Source: Lytechinus pictus (Eukaryota). From it: a DNA stretch of 64,000 bases. Numbering within the stretch: position 1 is the stretch's first letter; the number at the start of each line of letters is the position of its first letter. Location of the stretch: the NCBI RefSeq assembly GCF_037042905.1, contig NC_087252.1:7938001-8002000 (forward strand), in the 5' to 3' direction. The notes below the pieces were generated by a model. The model saw only the letters and a program-made list of their open reading frames with translations, ran no database searches and was not told the origin of the DNA. Positions 1-13,439 of this stretch are shown piece by piece. The translations under genes and the position numbers were made by a program.

Positions 1-1779
1 AAAATACAGAGGAATGAATAAATAAAAAGAAAAGTACATATAGATCGGTGTATTGATATATAAATTGAAGTACATAATTATAAAAGTACACTCTAAAAAT
101 ATTGGGTTAAAGTGCTTTATGAGGGTGATATTGTGTCCAACCAACATTGGGCAATTCTTTTGGGCATTTTGTTTTATCCAGTGTGAATTTTGCCCATTCT
201 AAAGTAATTGCTGCTTACTTTTTCAATCTTACTGGACATATATACAAAAAACTTATTAGTAAATTAGGATGATTAAATGAATTCAAAACCGTGCAAAAAA
301 ATAATATTTTATATTGAATATAGTCACATTTGAATGATAAAATATCGAAAATTGATTAATAATTAGGATACAATTAAATGATTTTGAAATATACTTTGCT
401 ATAGGGATAGGTGTTTATCACCGGATCTCAATATGTAACCGCTATACATATTGCATCTACCATGTCTACCGAATTGCTCAGCTCCCGTGCGTTGTATATC
501 TCTTTTCGGAAGGCATAATGTAGCCAGAGGCAAGCCCGATAATAATTGTAATGCAATGATGTTGTCCCCGTGTGTTTAGCTATGGGCGTATACATTCTCG
601 AGGCTTCATGACTGAAAGGCATGCAGGTGAAAAGATGTGTGTTTAGCGTACATGATATGATATTTCAGCGGGAATATATTTCTCGGGAGGGTGTATCTAT
701 TAAGAGACAGGATTCCATTATTTGGTATATTTTCATAAATAACAATGAGTGGTATACGAAAAGAGAGCATTTTCTTCAATAACGACTCTCAAAATGTTTA
801 AACAGTGGCATTTCCTTGTATTGCTGGAAGGCTAAATCGCGATTTAAGATTAGTGAGACGATATAATAATTATCATGATAATAATTTAACATAGCATTTG
901 CATGGCGCCAACTTTTGTGTAAAAACATTAAGTTGTTAAGCCGAAGATCAAGGTAAATAAGTAGCCAGGGACAATTGGGACCCCAGATTCCTTTAAATTG
1001 AACCAAAACTAAACAAACAGTTATATGGTATATTTTGTTTTATCTTGTTTTGTCATGTATTATAAATATTGTAACTTGTTTCATGTATTATTTCAATTGC
1101 TATTTTCTTTGTATTTTATTCCTACTGTAATTTATTTGCTGTATTTGTATCACTGTTATTTATCTGTCATGGATCCCCCTGCTTTTCAAGCCTCTGGCTT
1201 TCCTAGGGTTTTTGATCCTCACATTTACAATGTATATATCTACTCATGTGATTTTTACCTAATAAATGAATTGAATTGAAATTGAAGATATTCACATTCA
1301 AATAATAATGAAATAATGTTTGATATGTTTGAGCGCATAGTATGTCTGCCTTATACGACCCACCATTAAGCGTAGCACCATGTGTCATCTACTGTAGATG
1401 AACCTAAATATTGAATAACTCAGTTTGCATGGTTTTTCGGATGAAATCTATCATTTCATAAAGATATTTTTCTGTAATGTTTACACACTTAAAAAAAACT
1501 ATTAATTTGTGATATCTGATGCCCGTTTCCCACAAATTCAATTTAATTTCATTACATATATTTCTCAGTCCGAAAACTACTCTCACAGCACTGGACAATT
1601 ACCACAAGTACGATGTCGACTCATGATTAATGTGTTATTTCAAAAATGGAGTTGAAAATCCAGGTTTATTCTTCTGCTATATATTTTGCGAATGAACGCC
1701 TTGTTTTGCTAGAACATAATATATTTCTTTCAATGTAATGATTGTCTATAAGTATGCAGGAAATTTTATTAACAAGATC

Positions 1780-2960
1780 AAAGATCCAAACTGACACACA
1801 CGCAACCACACACACCCACACCCGCTCACATGACTGCTCTTATTACACGAGCACTCATTCTCGCTCCCAACGAAACAAAACAAAATACACATACGGGTGT
1901 GTGTATCTCCCAGAAGTGAAAGATACTCATTCTCTATCTACATGATCTATACATACGCATTATACACCCTCTGTGTGTCCCACACTCACACAAACTTACC
2001 CTCCCACTCATGTTCAACCCACACACACTTCCAGTGTCACATGATGAGGTTACACTGTATTGGAATGCCCTTACTTCCTTGTTTCTTACTTATGCACAAT
2101 CATATGGTGTGCAACCTCTGTCTCTCCCACACTCACATAACCTCTCCCTCTCTCTCACACACACCCACACACACACCCATTCATCCACACATGCTACATT
2201 AGCCTTTTATACATTTCCATGTCTCCCATACCATATTTGAGGTCAAAGTGTGTTACTATGTCTAACTTCACTTATATGTTACTTACTTAATGTCCGCTCC
2301 GTGTAAGCATACAAGATATTCACAACCTTTATCCCTCGGAAATGCACACCCAAAACACCACACCCATAGTTGCCTTTGCCTGTCATTTAGATTTTTCACT
2401 TCTTACTCGTATCAGCATGTGTATTTCTTGTTCAAAATATTATTTTCTCTTTCTACCCCCTTCTCTCTTTGCATATTTGTCTACCCTATCCCTCGTCTTA
2501 TCCCACCTAGCTCGCTCACTTTCCCTCATTTTCTCTTCCTTTGGTTCTTCAATTCTGTCTGTTCTTGTTTTTATGTATTTTGCTCCTCTTCTCATGCACT
2601 TTCACATTTATCTTTTTTTCACACCACACATTTGTCGTTTTTTCTCTCCCTTTTCCACTTTACCCTTCCTTTAAAAATGATACTTTTTAATTCTCTTTTC
2701 TTTTTATCTTGCTCATTTTCACACCCCTCTCTCCCCTTATTCCTTGCCCACTAATGCTTCCTTTTCCTCTTCCCCGCTTTTACTGTCTAAATTTATCTTA
2801 ACCCTTTCGCATCCCTTCTTTTCCCCTCTTTCCATTTTCCGTTTTTTTTTCTGTTCTCTCACGAACACCCTAGATCCTACCTGTCTCCATCCCCTCCCCC
2901 TCTCTCTCTCTCTTTCTTTGTCTTCCACCCCTCTCCCTTTCCTTCTTTCTCCTGCAAAAA
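1780..2960. repeat. CA/CT-rich low-complexity tract (probably CYP intron)
   Basis: Degenerate (CA)n and (CT)n. Confidence 0.7.
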
Positions 2961-4570
2961 ACAAACCCAAAATGGGTTGTGTAATGAGAATTGATATGCA
3001 ATGCGACCCTGTCCAATATCAATTTGACATGACTCAAGATCGAGCAACGCTTCCCAACAAAGCTTACGCATACGAAGCGGACGAGCAAGGGCAGCGCCAG
3101 GATATAGAAATAGAAGGGGGGGGGGGGGTAAGAAGAACCAAATATAACATATTTTTAATAGGATATCCGTAGTCCAGGTCCTCATTTGATCTGTTTTAAT
3201 CTACCATCCATTTTTATCTGCTGTGTTCCACGTAAGCCTGTTTTTCTTCACTTGAAAGATGATGAAATTCTACGACACAAACCTCTCATTTTCAATAGTC
3301 TCCTCTCATATACCGATTTTTTTCTCAATTTTCCCTTCCTTATTGATATGTTTGTATCATTGTTTTAGTCAGTTAGGACTACATAATCACAGGGAAAGGG
3401 GAGTCGTCCCTCTGACCCGCTGCCGACAGTGACGCAACTCAGTGCAATTCATTTTTTTTTCAATTTGTTTTTCTTAACTCTTTAGGGACTCTTTACAATA
3501 CCCTATTTTTATACATATTTTCAACATAATTATGTCAATTTTTATCATTTGAAGTAATCATTAAGTTCTACGACACTGTGACAGTCCTCCCTGTTAAACA
3601 CCATCTCCTTTTATGCCATTCTTTTTTTCATTCTCTACTTTGTTTATTTTTATTCTATATGATTACTTACAAATCATCGTGAGAGGAAAGTAGCCCCTCT
3701 GCCCCGCCACCGATCGTGACGCCACTCACCATGAATAAGCCCCGAATAGAACATGTAGCAAGATAAATTGTCCAGCCTACGAGATGGGCAGACTGGGGAC
3801 GAGATGGGGTGGATCAGATGGGTGATGAATGTAGTCTGGGACTTCGAACGGGAGTGATCTGGAAAGAAGGATATCGCTTTGGTTTTAAAACTTGACGTTA
3901 TATGTGGAAGAATGTGTGAGTGGGAGGGGGCGTGAGAAAAAGAGAGGGGGGTAATGTCGGGATACGATAGGTGAGCATATTATTTCTGTTTCCCTGTGAT
4001 ATATTGTGGGTTATAGTGTGTGTCAGAGAGGAGAAGAGAACGGGAGAGGGAGAGAGACAGAAAAGAGAAAAGGGCGGGGTGGATTCCGAAGAGAATGGAA
4101 AGAAGATCGATTAAAATGAACGTTTTTTGCTATCTTTCATTAGTAGATTTTCATCATTAAAATGGAAAGGGGCAGCAACAATCGCGATGAACATTAGTGT
4201 TTGACTTCTGCTCATTTCCCTTGAAAGACAGCAAAACTGTATTTAGCAATTTTCTAGTAACTTCCGCAGAATCTTTGGTTTTAATTGGATTTTGAGTAAT
4301 GTTGCCATGAGATTACAAGTACGACCTTTGTCATATGATTTTATATAGAAAACTTTAAGACGGTTAGGATCATAATGCACGTTTCTACCCACCTAGACCT
4401 TTGGGACTTTCGTCCACCGAGGTGGACATTCTCAAAATCAACCGATCAGTCCGGTTAAAGAAAAAAAATGCACTCGTCTGATGATTCTGGAGATAGAACA
4501 CAAGTACGTTGAGTTCGAGTCTTGTCGTTATTATATTGATATATTGTTTTTCATCTTTGGCCCATTCCAG

Positions 4571-4988
4571 GTAGTATAGCATGGCAGAATGGCGAACCTT
4601 GGAAGGAACATCGTCGTTTCATGAACAAAACTCTACGAACCCTTGGCATGGGGAGCAGTCTGATGGGCGAACGGATCCATGAAGAATGTCTCCACATGTG
4701 TGACTACCTTGATAAACAAGGGGAAAATCCCATCAACCCTGAACAAATGATGGTCTGCATGACCTGTAACATCATGAGTGCCATCGTCCTGGGGAAGCGC
4801 TACGACTTCGACGACGCGCGATTCGTGAAGTTACGCAAGGACTGCAAGGAAATCCTTACGAACCTTTCAAATACTTCTATCTACAACATATTGCCTTTCC
4901 TCTACCATACGCGCCTGTGTAAGCTGTACAGAGAAGCCGTGGAAAACGTGACAGCCTACGTCAAGAATGAAGTCAGGGAACATGACAG
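4571..4988 (+). CDS. CYP exon (GSIAWQNGEPWKEHRRFMNKTLR...EVREHD)
   Basis: Acceptor ttccag at 4570, donor gtatgg at 4989; WxxxR motif. Confidence 0.93.
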
Positions 4989-7900
4989 GTATGGTGAAGG
5001 CTTCCGGATTACATTTCTCTTTTTCCTGTTTTACAACACAACATTGCTGGGCGGGCTCATCCGAAGTCCCAACTGGACCAATGCTTTCCCACAATTTACA
5101 TTTTTATGGTAAAAAGCTCTCCATCAAATTAGTAAAGTGACAACCCAGCCTGCTATTCTGCGTTGCCAGATGTTTAATTCTCCTATTTTTATATAAGCCC
5201 TAGAAGCTCTGACTTCGTCAACTGCGTATTTAACTGATATATGTTCACACGAGAGATCATACCCCCACACGCACACACACAAAACACCCATCCCAAACCT
5301 TAGATAGTGGTCTTAGTAAGGGTTCAAATAAATGTCCAATACAACAAACGAAATCAACAAATCCAACCTTAACTACACCATGCACATAGAGACGCATCTC
5401 TACAATGTCTTAATTAAAAGAATTACTTCAGAAATTATGCATGCTACCCGTTTTTTTCTTTGCCCCTTGTTCCTTATATTTACCTCCAGGTAAAACAAAT
5501 CCAGAGGCTGTTTCATAAAGCTGTTCGTGAGCTTTTTAATAGCTTTATGTACATTACGACTGGTGATCTACTCGTAAAGTTGTATGGATCATGATTGCCT
5601 GTTTCTGATTGGTTACAGAATAGGTATAAAGCAAATAATGCTCAGGAAAGAGAGTGGACTATGAAGACAACCGGGACTAGAGAAACTGGCAGTTGGCAAT
5701 AGTCTAGAGCTTGCCTCCGTTTGTGAGGATGCAATGCTGCATGAAAGAGTATTTTAGTCCTGTCTTGACTTAGAGAATTCCTCCAGAACGCGTCATTTAC
5801 GATTTTTGACTTATCTTTCCAACCTGTTAAACACCATGACAAAGATTTTCCGTAATATCCAAGCAACTGTAACATAATGATCAACAATCCTATTCTCTTT
5901 TACAGGTCATTTAACAATAACTCTTTACGTGACGTCGTTGATTACTACCTGAGAGAAATCAAGAGAGGAGAAAGGGAAAATGAAGGTGAATGCGAAGGCG
6001 AAGACGAAGACACAGAGGATAAGAATGGGGAGAGAGTTCGCTATATCAATGAGCAGTTCTGCTGGAGAGGGGTGTTAGATCTCCTGATAGCTGGTGTTGA
6101 CACATCATCCAACCATATGATGTGGACCATGCTACACCTTGCTTATTCCCCGGAGATTCAAGAAAAGGTAGGTGTATGATACTTTTGACCAATCGAACAT
6201 ATACCGCAAAAAGGGCAATCTACTTCCTGGATTGCAGAAGATCATGAAGATGGAGACATGGGAGATATGATATGGAGTACACAAGTCATGTCAGGTCACA
6301 ACCATTCGTCCTAAAGTCAACTTGTTCTAAACAATTTTGTTTCCAAATGCTATAATCGCCACATCACGTTCTCAACACGTCTTCCGTACGATAGGTGTAC
6401 GTTCATACATAGATTTCAATACACCACCCATTTTTGTACCCTAATATCACACAATTATACAACAATATCATTTTGGTATTTCATTTTGACAGGCCCGGGC
6501 GCAAATCGACGAGGTGGTTAGTCGCGATCGTCTACCGACTCTAGAGGACCGGCCACGACTACCGTATATCACGGCCATCGCTCAAGAGGTTCTCCGTACG
6601 AGCATCGGAACAACAACGGTGCCGCACCATACGACGCAAGACACGTATTTGAACGAGTACTTCATTCCAAAGGGGACTATGGTAAGTCTGCAAGCTCTGA
6701 ATTTTGTAGAAGGACATTGGGACGCAGATGGGATGAGTGACTGTCGATGACACGATGTCTCTCATTAAGCTTTCTGAAAAAGCCACATTTTGAAAAATAG
6801 AAGATTCACGTTTGTCTGGAGACGAAATGTCCCTCAGATTTTTTTTTACTGATTACCCCTTTTTCTGTTTGTCAAAATGTTGGACGAATTCGCAGCCCGT
6901 AAAAGTATGATTCTGGATCAGCGCCTAATGGTGATTGTGCTTCTGATGCTCATGATGATGCTGATGACGATACCACTGCTACTACATGTAGAGATACAAT
7001 CGATGTTGATTATGACGCTAATTCCGTTCACAGAACTTTTCATAAATTGGAGAAACAATAGCCATTAATTCGTTGTCATTCCCAAAATGACCAATATTCG
7101 TCTTTGGGAGTAAAACCTTTTTATCCCATTCTCGTTCAATTTCCCAGGTTCTTGGCAATCTATGGAGTTTAAATCATGACCCTGAAGTGTTTGAAGAACC
7201 GCATCTCTTCCGCCCGTCAAGATTCCTGGCAGAAGATGGCAGCCTAAAAGGTCTTAATAACATCAAAACATTCGGTATAGGTAAGACAATCATAAATCCT
7301 TTCTCAGCCTCATTTGTCTTTTCTCTGTTATTTTTTTTCAGATCGAATATTTTAAAAAGTTGTCCTGAAATCCCATTCACAAATTTGTATAAAATGTTTT
7401 TAGATCAAATTTTTACGCGCAGATTTTGAATGATCTTTTCAGTCGACCTGGGTTGGTTTGTGAATAATTGCAAGTGAATAAGAATCAAAATAATTTCATT
7501 TAAACATGAATCCTTCCGACTATTTATATGGAGAGCTGTAAGGATTTTTCTCGGAGCCATGCAGAATTCTTCGATCTTATAAAAGCATTGGAATATTTTA
7601 GTGAAGTATTATGTGGGTTTTCGTGTATTGTATTAGGGACTAGTGGACTGATAGGAAAGCACATCAGGATAGCTTGCTTTTGCGTTCACACGGAATATAA
7701 AGTGAGACAACGCGAGACATTTAGCTTGCCCAAACTCAACTATTGTTGCTGACATATCAACCGTTCTTTACGACAACGTTGATTTCCCCCAAATAATGTC
7801 TTTCTCCAGAATATATATTATTAATGATAATGGTCTTAATCAATACATTAAAAAATCATTACTTGCATCAAAATGATGAATTACACATGAATTACGTACA

Positions 7901-8269
7901 AGGTTAATGATATACCTGTAGAGAAATGCTAAAACTGTAAACTAAATAAATAAGAACTAAGACGTACTTACGTGTCGGTCGACTAGTGGACATGCTAATC
8001 GAAAAGTCCCTGATGCTCGAGTTAACGACTTGTTCTTTCCCTTTTGACTCCAAGGACCAAATTATTTGCCATCTTTTGTTTCTTCAGGTCCCAGGAAGTG
8101 TCCTGGGGAACCCCTGGCACAGCAGGAAAACTTCCTCATCATGTCCACTCTGCTTCACCAATACAAACTCGTTTTAGCCGAAGGTGACCCGATCCCTGAC
8201 ATTCGTGGCCGAATCCAGGGCATGATGCTTCGACCTGATATATACAGGTTAAGGTTCATACGCCGATAG
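4571..8269 (+). CDS. Cytochrome P450, CYP2 clan, 5'-partial; exons 4571-4988, 5906-6167, 6493-6681, 7148-7280, 8088-8269
   Basis: Five GT-AG exons join in frame (1184 nt). Motifs: C-helix WKEHRR, I-helix AGVDTSS, K-helix EVLR, PERF-like PSRF, heme loop FGIGPRKCPG; stop TAG at 8267-8269. N-terminal exons not found in the window. Confidence 0.95.
5906..6167 (+). CDS. CYP exon containing the I helix (RDVVDYYL...LLIAGVDTSS...PEIQEK)
   Basis: Acceptor tttacag, donor gtaggt; phases match both neighbours. Confidence 0.93.
6493..6681 (+). CDS. CYP exon containing the K helix (ARAQIDEVV...QEVLR...IPKGTM)
   Basis: Acceptor ttgacag, donor gtaagt; ExxR motif. Confidence 0.94.
7148..7280 (+). CDS. CYP exon (VLGNLWSLNHDP...FRPSRF...TFGI)
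   Basis: Acceptor ttcccag, donor gtaaga; PERF-like motif. Confidence 0.94.
8088..8269 (+). CDS. CYP last exon with the heme cysteine (GPRKCPGEPLA...RFIRR*)
   Basis: Acceptor tcttcag; completes FxxGxRxCxG. Confidence 0.94.
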
Positions 8270-9749
8270 TCAACGGAAGCTCCCGAAAGTGCCCGATTCC
8301 TGACTACCAAGGGTAGGATCGTCCAACCTGATACGACTTGAGTTTGTACGCTGTTGTACGAGTCACCGAAGCCTTCCGAAACATTCCGAATCGCAGCGTT
8401 TTTCCTGCCGAATGAATCGGATGAAAGTATCAGTCTAAGTAATGTAGTTGATTTTTTTTTATATTAGGTACAATTTGACACTTACGAACCCCAAGAGAAG
8501 GGAACAAAATTAGCTTCAAATAATCATAATCAATTAATTTCAACTCTGCAATTGATTGCATGTCTGCTCCCTGGCAGTAAACTTGTAAACTACAGACTCG
8601 TCATGGAAATCCCCAATCAATTTATTGCAAATTGATTGCTTAATTTGTAAATGTCCTGAATATAAGTATTATTTTAATCAGTTTGCAAATTTGATTTCAG
8701 ATTTTTATGCCAATGTTAGGTAAATATGAATTATGACAAAAATACTGAAGAGAACGGGAATTATTTTTTTAATGCCACCAAAAACTTCTAAACTTAGACG
8801 ACCTCATGGGAGGTGACCGTCGTAATAATGAAATCAATTTATTGTAATTCTGCATACATAAGACTTTAATTCCGTTAATTCACAATAATTTGAATGAAAA
8901 CATCTGGAAAATTAAATTGTTTTACGATCGGCATTCCTTAAGTAAATTTAAAATATAATCATCATGATTATGGAAATATCTTACTGTCATCCTCCTAGTC
9001 TCTGTGCATATAGGCCTTCTTTATATCTGTTGATATGCTGCTGTAGATAAAGAGCAGCTGAAAAAAAATAGACAAAAGTCTTTAGATTGGGATTGCTACC
9101 ATGCATTTAAAAGAGTCAGAAGACAGAGTATACGATGAAGAAATTACGAATAAGATATAGTAGGTAATGAATGTAGAAGTTTATTTATAAGTTGTTGAAG
9201 TTTATCTTGTACAACTTAAACTGTCGACTAAACTCTTTAATTTAGTGGCTCCGGTGACTGGAAGTAGCGCCATCAGTGGTACGTAGATACTCAGTTACAC
9301 TACACTCCGGTATCAATGATAGCATTGGTGGTTACGATCAGTACATAAGGCTGTATAGTTTAGTCCGTTTTTTTTTCTTTTACAAAGTTTTAGAATGAAA
9401 ATAATTACAAATAGTGAAATGCTTTTATTACTGTAAAGAAAAATATTTAAAATGAAAAAACGGAGTGAATTGCTTTTTTGCCCCAAACTACCTCACATGC
9501 ATCAAAGATCTGTGATATGAAGAATGATCACAATACATATTATTTTTCTCACAGGGTTTTTTGCGTAGTTATGTGTCAGAATCTTTTCTATGCAACTGTT
9601 TCTTGTATTTGCCGACTTTGTCTGTATATATTGCTGCATATGAAATTGTCAAAGTGAGTCATTATTTTTCCATACATTTTTGTGTCACTTACAGCCTTCA
9701 TATTATGTTCCTATGCCATAAACCTTAGACTTTACATTGAGCAGTTGAA

Positions 9750-9990
9750 CTTCTATCTTTTCCTCCTCCTCTTCTTCTTCTTCTTCTTCTCCTCCTTCTT
9801 CACCTCCTTCTTCTCTTCCTCCTCCCTTTTCACCTCCTCCCATTTCTCCATCTTCTTCTCCTCCTTATTCTCCCCCTCCTCCCTTTTCTCCATCTTCTTC
9901 TTCTCCTTCTTATTCTTCTTCTTCCTCTCTTTATCTTTTGGTTTTCCTCCTCCTCCTTTTCCTTCTCCTCCTCCTCCTCCTCCTCATTTC
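9750..9990. repeat. (CTT/CCT)n microsatellite
   Basis: Seen directly. Confidence 0.9.
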
Positions 9991-10128
9991 TGATATATTT
10001 TCCAAACCCGTCATTGCTCAACGTAAATATCATGGCTTTGTGTGCGACGATTGCCTTTATGATTTTAAAGTACTTCAATACTTGATTTTACGTTTGCTTT
10101 ATGGTCAGTTTAGACCGTTACTGTAATT

Positions 10129-10512
10129 GGGCGATTCCATACGTGTCGTACAGGACGTTTTGACAATAATTTCGAGTTTCCTAGCCAAATGCTTGGGCAA
10201 TGAAATATTCTTTTTTTGTCAATGATAAAGCTATAGTGGGTAGTCATGTGAAAAACTAATAACCAACACAACAAAATGATTATGGGTAAGTTATAGGTGA
10301 AAATGTTGTGTGTCGTACGGGACGCAGAAATGTCCCGTACGACACGCAACATTTTAAGCTCTAATTCATCTATGGACAACATATTTTTGTTTGCATGTCT
10401 ACCCAGCAGCACTTTGATATTACCACAAAGCAAATTGAAGTTCTTCGTTCGTTTGGACAGCAGGTTGAAAAATGTTGTGAAAATTGCTGATTTTTCTCGC
10501 ATGGAATCGCCC
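10129..10512. mobile_element. MITE with GGGCGATTCCAT TIRs (PIF/Harbinger-like)
   Basis: gggcgattccatacg at 10129 and cgcatggaatcgccc ending 10512; a related element lies at ~59408-59618. Confidence 0.65.
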
Positions 10513-12423
10513 AATTGGTCCTTTTTAATCACGTGGGTTAATGGATGTTTTAAATTGCTTCATTGTGTGTGCGTGCCATTGTGGGTGTATGTATATAAAA
10601 ATGAATTTACTTGGTCTTTCATTATTGTGCATTTCAAATGTACAACTATTATAACGATTATTGTGAGGGTCGATGTGACTACTTAGAGGATGTAAATAGA
10701 CTTGTTAATTATGATTTTAATAGAGAATTATACAACTCTTTTTTTATTAGCTGATGCTCGAGAGATTTTAAGACTAATCATGAAGATTGTAATTCTAAGG
10801 ATTGTAACTACCAAAATGATATAGTATACCTGTGTTCCCAACTATTTTATCAGGTGCCAAAATTTATTGTTCATATCTTTGATAATGTATTAAAATCATT
10901 CGTGTTTCTATTAATAAGTACAACTCATCTTTTAATTTTGTCAAATGAATATACATTGTTTGTAATTGATTATTAAATGAGCACCTGGTTGAGCGTTTTC
11001 AACTTTGGGGAAAAGGAATTGGTGAGTTTTTTTTCCCAATGCTAATACTCTCGCCTTGATTTTTTATTGATTGATACAAATGACAAATAACTTGCCAAAT
11101 TCGTTTAGTTATTTTGGTAGTCTAATGAAATTAATATTCCTTTCTACCGAAAACCCACGTTATCATAAATGGTTATCTAAAGTCAAATACCGTCATTTTA
11201 TGAGTAAAAAAGGGAGTGTACTTCGTCCACGATTACACGACATTTGGATTTTGCAACTCATGTGTTTTCTCTTTCTCAGTATCCATTTATGACCATCCGA
11301 AGAACTGTATACTTTATATATTTTAACTATTTTAACAGTACTCTTATTAGTGTAAAACATTTTTTTTTATTCAGATGACCATTGTTTTATAAATAAAGTA
11401 AGTACGCACGATAATGTTATTCCCAATCATTCTGAATGCACAACATACATGTTCCATAACCAAAACAAACAGGGTCTCTTTTAAAAGCAAACAGAAATAC
11501 AGGGTAGCTTTTTAAATATTTTTATCGTATGACCTTTTCTAGTCAGTTTGTTGTTTTTATCATGTAGATAATGTAACGTGACCATTATATGCGTCTTGTA
11601 TTCGTATGCTTATTTTCCTCTTAATTTGCTGTGTGAACGTGGTCAATTTGAGGATTGGATCGTGAAACACGACGGATTTACTGTTATATGTGTCTGTAAA
11701 TATTTACGAGTAACGCTATGGGTCTTCAAAAATATAGATTTTATATTTTTATATATATTCTATGAGTTTCATACTTTTTCGCTCATAATCTTGGCATGTT
11801 TTAAGTAAGTTGGATAGCCACTGTCTCAATACATCCCATTCTTGAGCTGATTGTGTGTGATACTCCTTCTTAATGTTCATTTTATTTATGCTTTGATTTT
11901 GCCTTCTATCTCTGCATCTCTGCATAGGTAGTCCTATGGATTTAGGTCGTATAAACTTTTAAAAACACGATGAAAGAATATTGTTCCACTGTTCCAATCA
12001 CAAAGTCTATGTTATGTTCATGAAAATAATGTTTGCGTCAGATAAATGCCTAAGGATCCTATCGCAGGTAAATGCCATTCATGTTCACTTGGTCTAGAAG
12101 CAGTTGGTCTACATCTAAACTAGTCTAATACCACACGGACCATGCCCATTCGGTTTAATTTTCGTTTGATCTTGGCTTAATACCAACCTAGTCAAAATTC
12201 TCACTTATTCTAATCCCTAGTTGGTCGTATTTCGACTCCGTCTACTTATTATTTTCTACTTCACGAAATGTCCGTCATAACCATATTATAGACCAAGGTG
12301 CTGGTCAGACCTAGTGGATACAAGACGAAATGGGTATAGCCTAAATGGTTACTAGACAGAATAGTTAATGGGCTAAATAGCATTTAGACCGAAGTGTAAG
12401 TATACGATCTGGTAACAGACATA

Positions 12424-12670
12424 CACTGCAAAAACTCTGGTGTTGATTTAACACCAGCCCGGAATCTATAATGTCCACACCAGAGAAGTGTTAAACAATA
12501 TAACACCAGTATTGTTTTGGTCTATACACCAGATAGGTGTTTATACAACACCAATTAGTATTAAAACAGCATCGGTTTGATTCCAAACTGGTGTTGTTTC
12601 AATACTTCTCTGGTGTGGACATATATAGACTCCGGGCTGGTGTTAAATCAACACGGGAGTTTTTGCAGTG
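12424..12670. mobile_element. Hairpin MITE, CACTG termini, TA target duplication
   Basis: Long imperfect inverted arms (cactgcaaaaactc...ggtgttgatttaacaccagcccgga) flanked by TA on both sides. Confidence 0.85.
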
Positions 12671-13439
12671 TAGTAGGATTGAACCATGTGGGATTAGACC
12701 ACGTGGGATGAGTCCATCGGCATTGAAGTGGATGAAAACCAATCAGCAATCTATTTCTAAATCCCTTATCCCACTGCTGTGAGGCAACATTTGTTTTCTG
12801 TCATATTGTTACCATATTATATAGCGCCATGCGGCCCGATTTTATTTTGAAATATAATTCAGTGAACTGGCTATCAGGTAATTTACACAAAACTCTTGAA
12901 AAGAAAGTGGTATTCTACTTGTTTTAGTTTATATATCATTATCATTTTCCATTTTATATGAATTACGTCACAGATGAAGTCCACTTTTATGTCACAAGAA
13001 ATTCATAATCAATATTCCATCTCTCTCTCTACATAATATCAAAATTTTGGCTATTTCAGTGGAAATTTCATTTCAACTCTCACTTGTGTGTGAGCGTATT
13101 ATGACACAACTTTTATTCACTGAATTAATGAAAATTAATCATGATATTTGTGGAGAATGGAGTTTGAAGATATGACGAATATTATTATTCAAATGACGAA
13201 ACTTGCTTGTTTAAAGCTTTCTGAGAATGTTGAATGCATATTCTATCTCGTAACTTTCACAAAAATGAAATTTGTGTAGTAACGCAAAATAAAAAAAACA
13301 TCATTATGTAATCGAAAATGCAATCTTTTTATTTATTATTCCGATGCACATTTATTCTTTTCTTATCTCTCTCTCTCTCCTTTTTTTTTTTTTTTTGGGG
13401 GGGGGGGGTAGGGTACACCATCTTTGTTATGGAAATAGG

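Noticed and set aside
1..4570. 5' exons of the P450
   Set aside because: No segment with a membrane anchor, PPGP motif or suitable splice sites was found.
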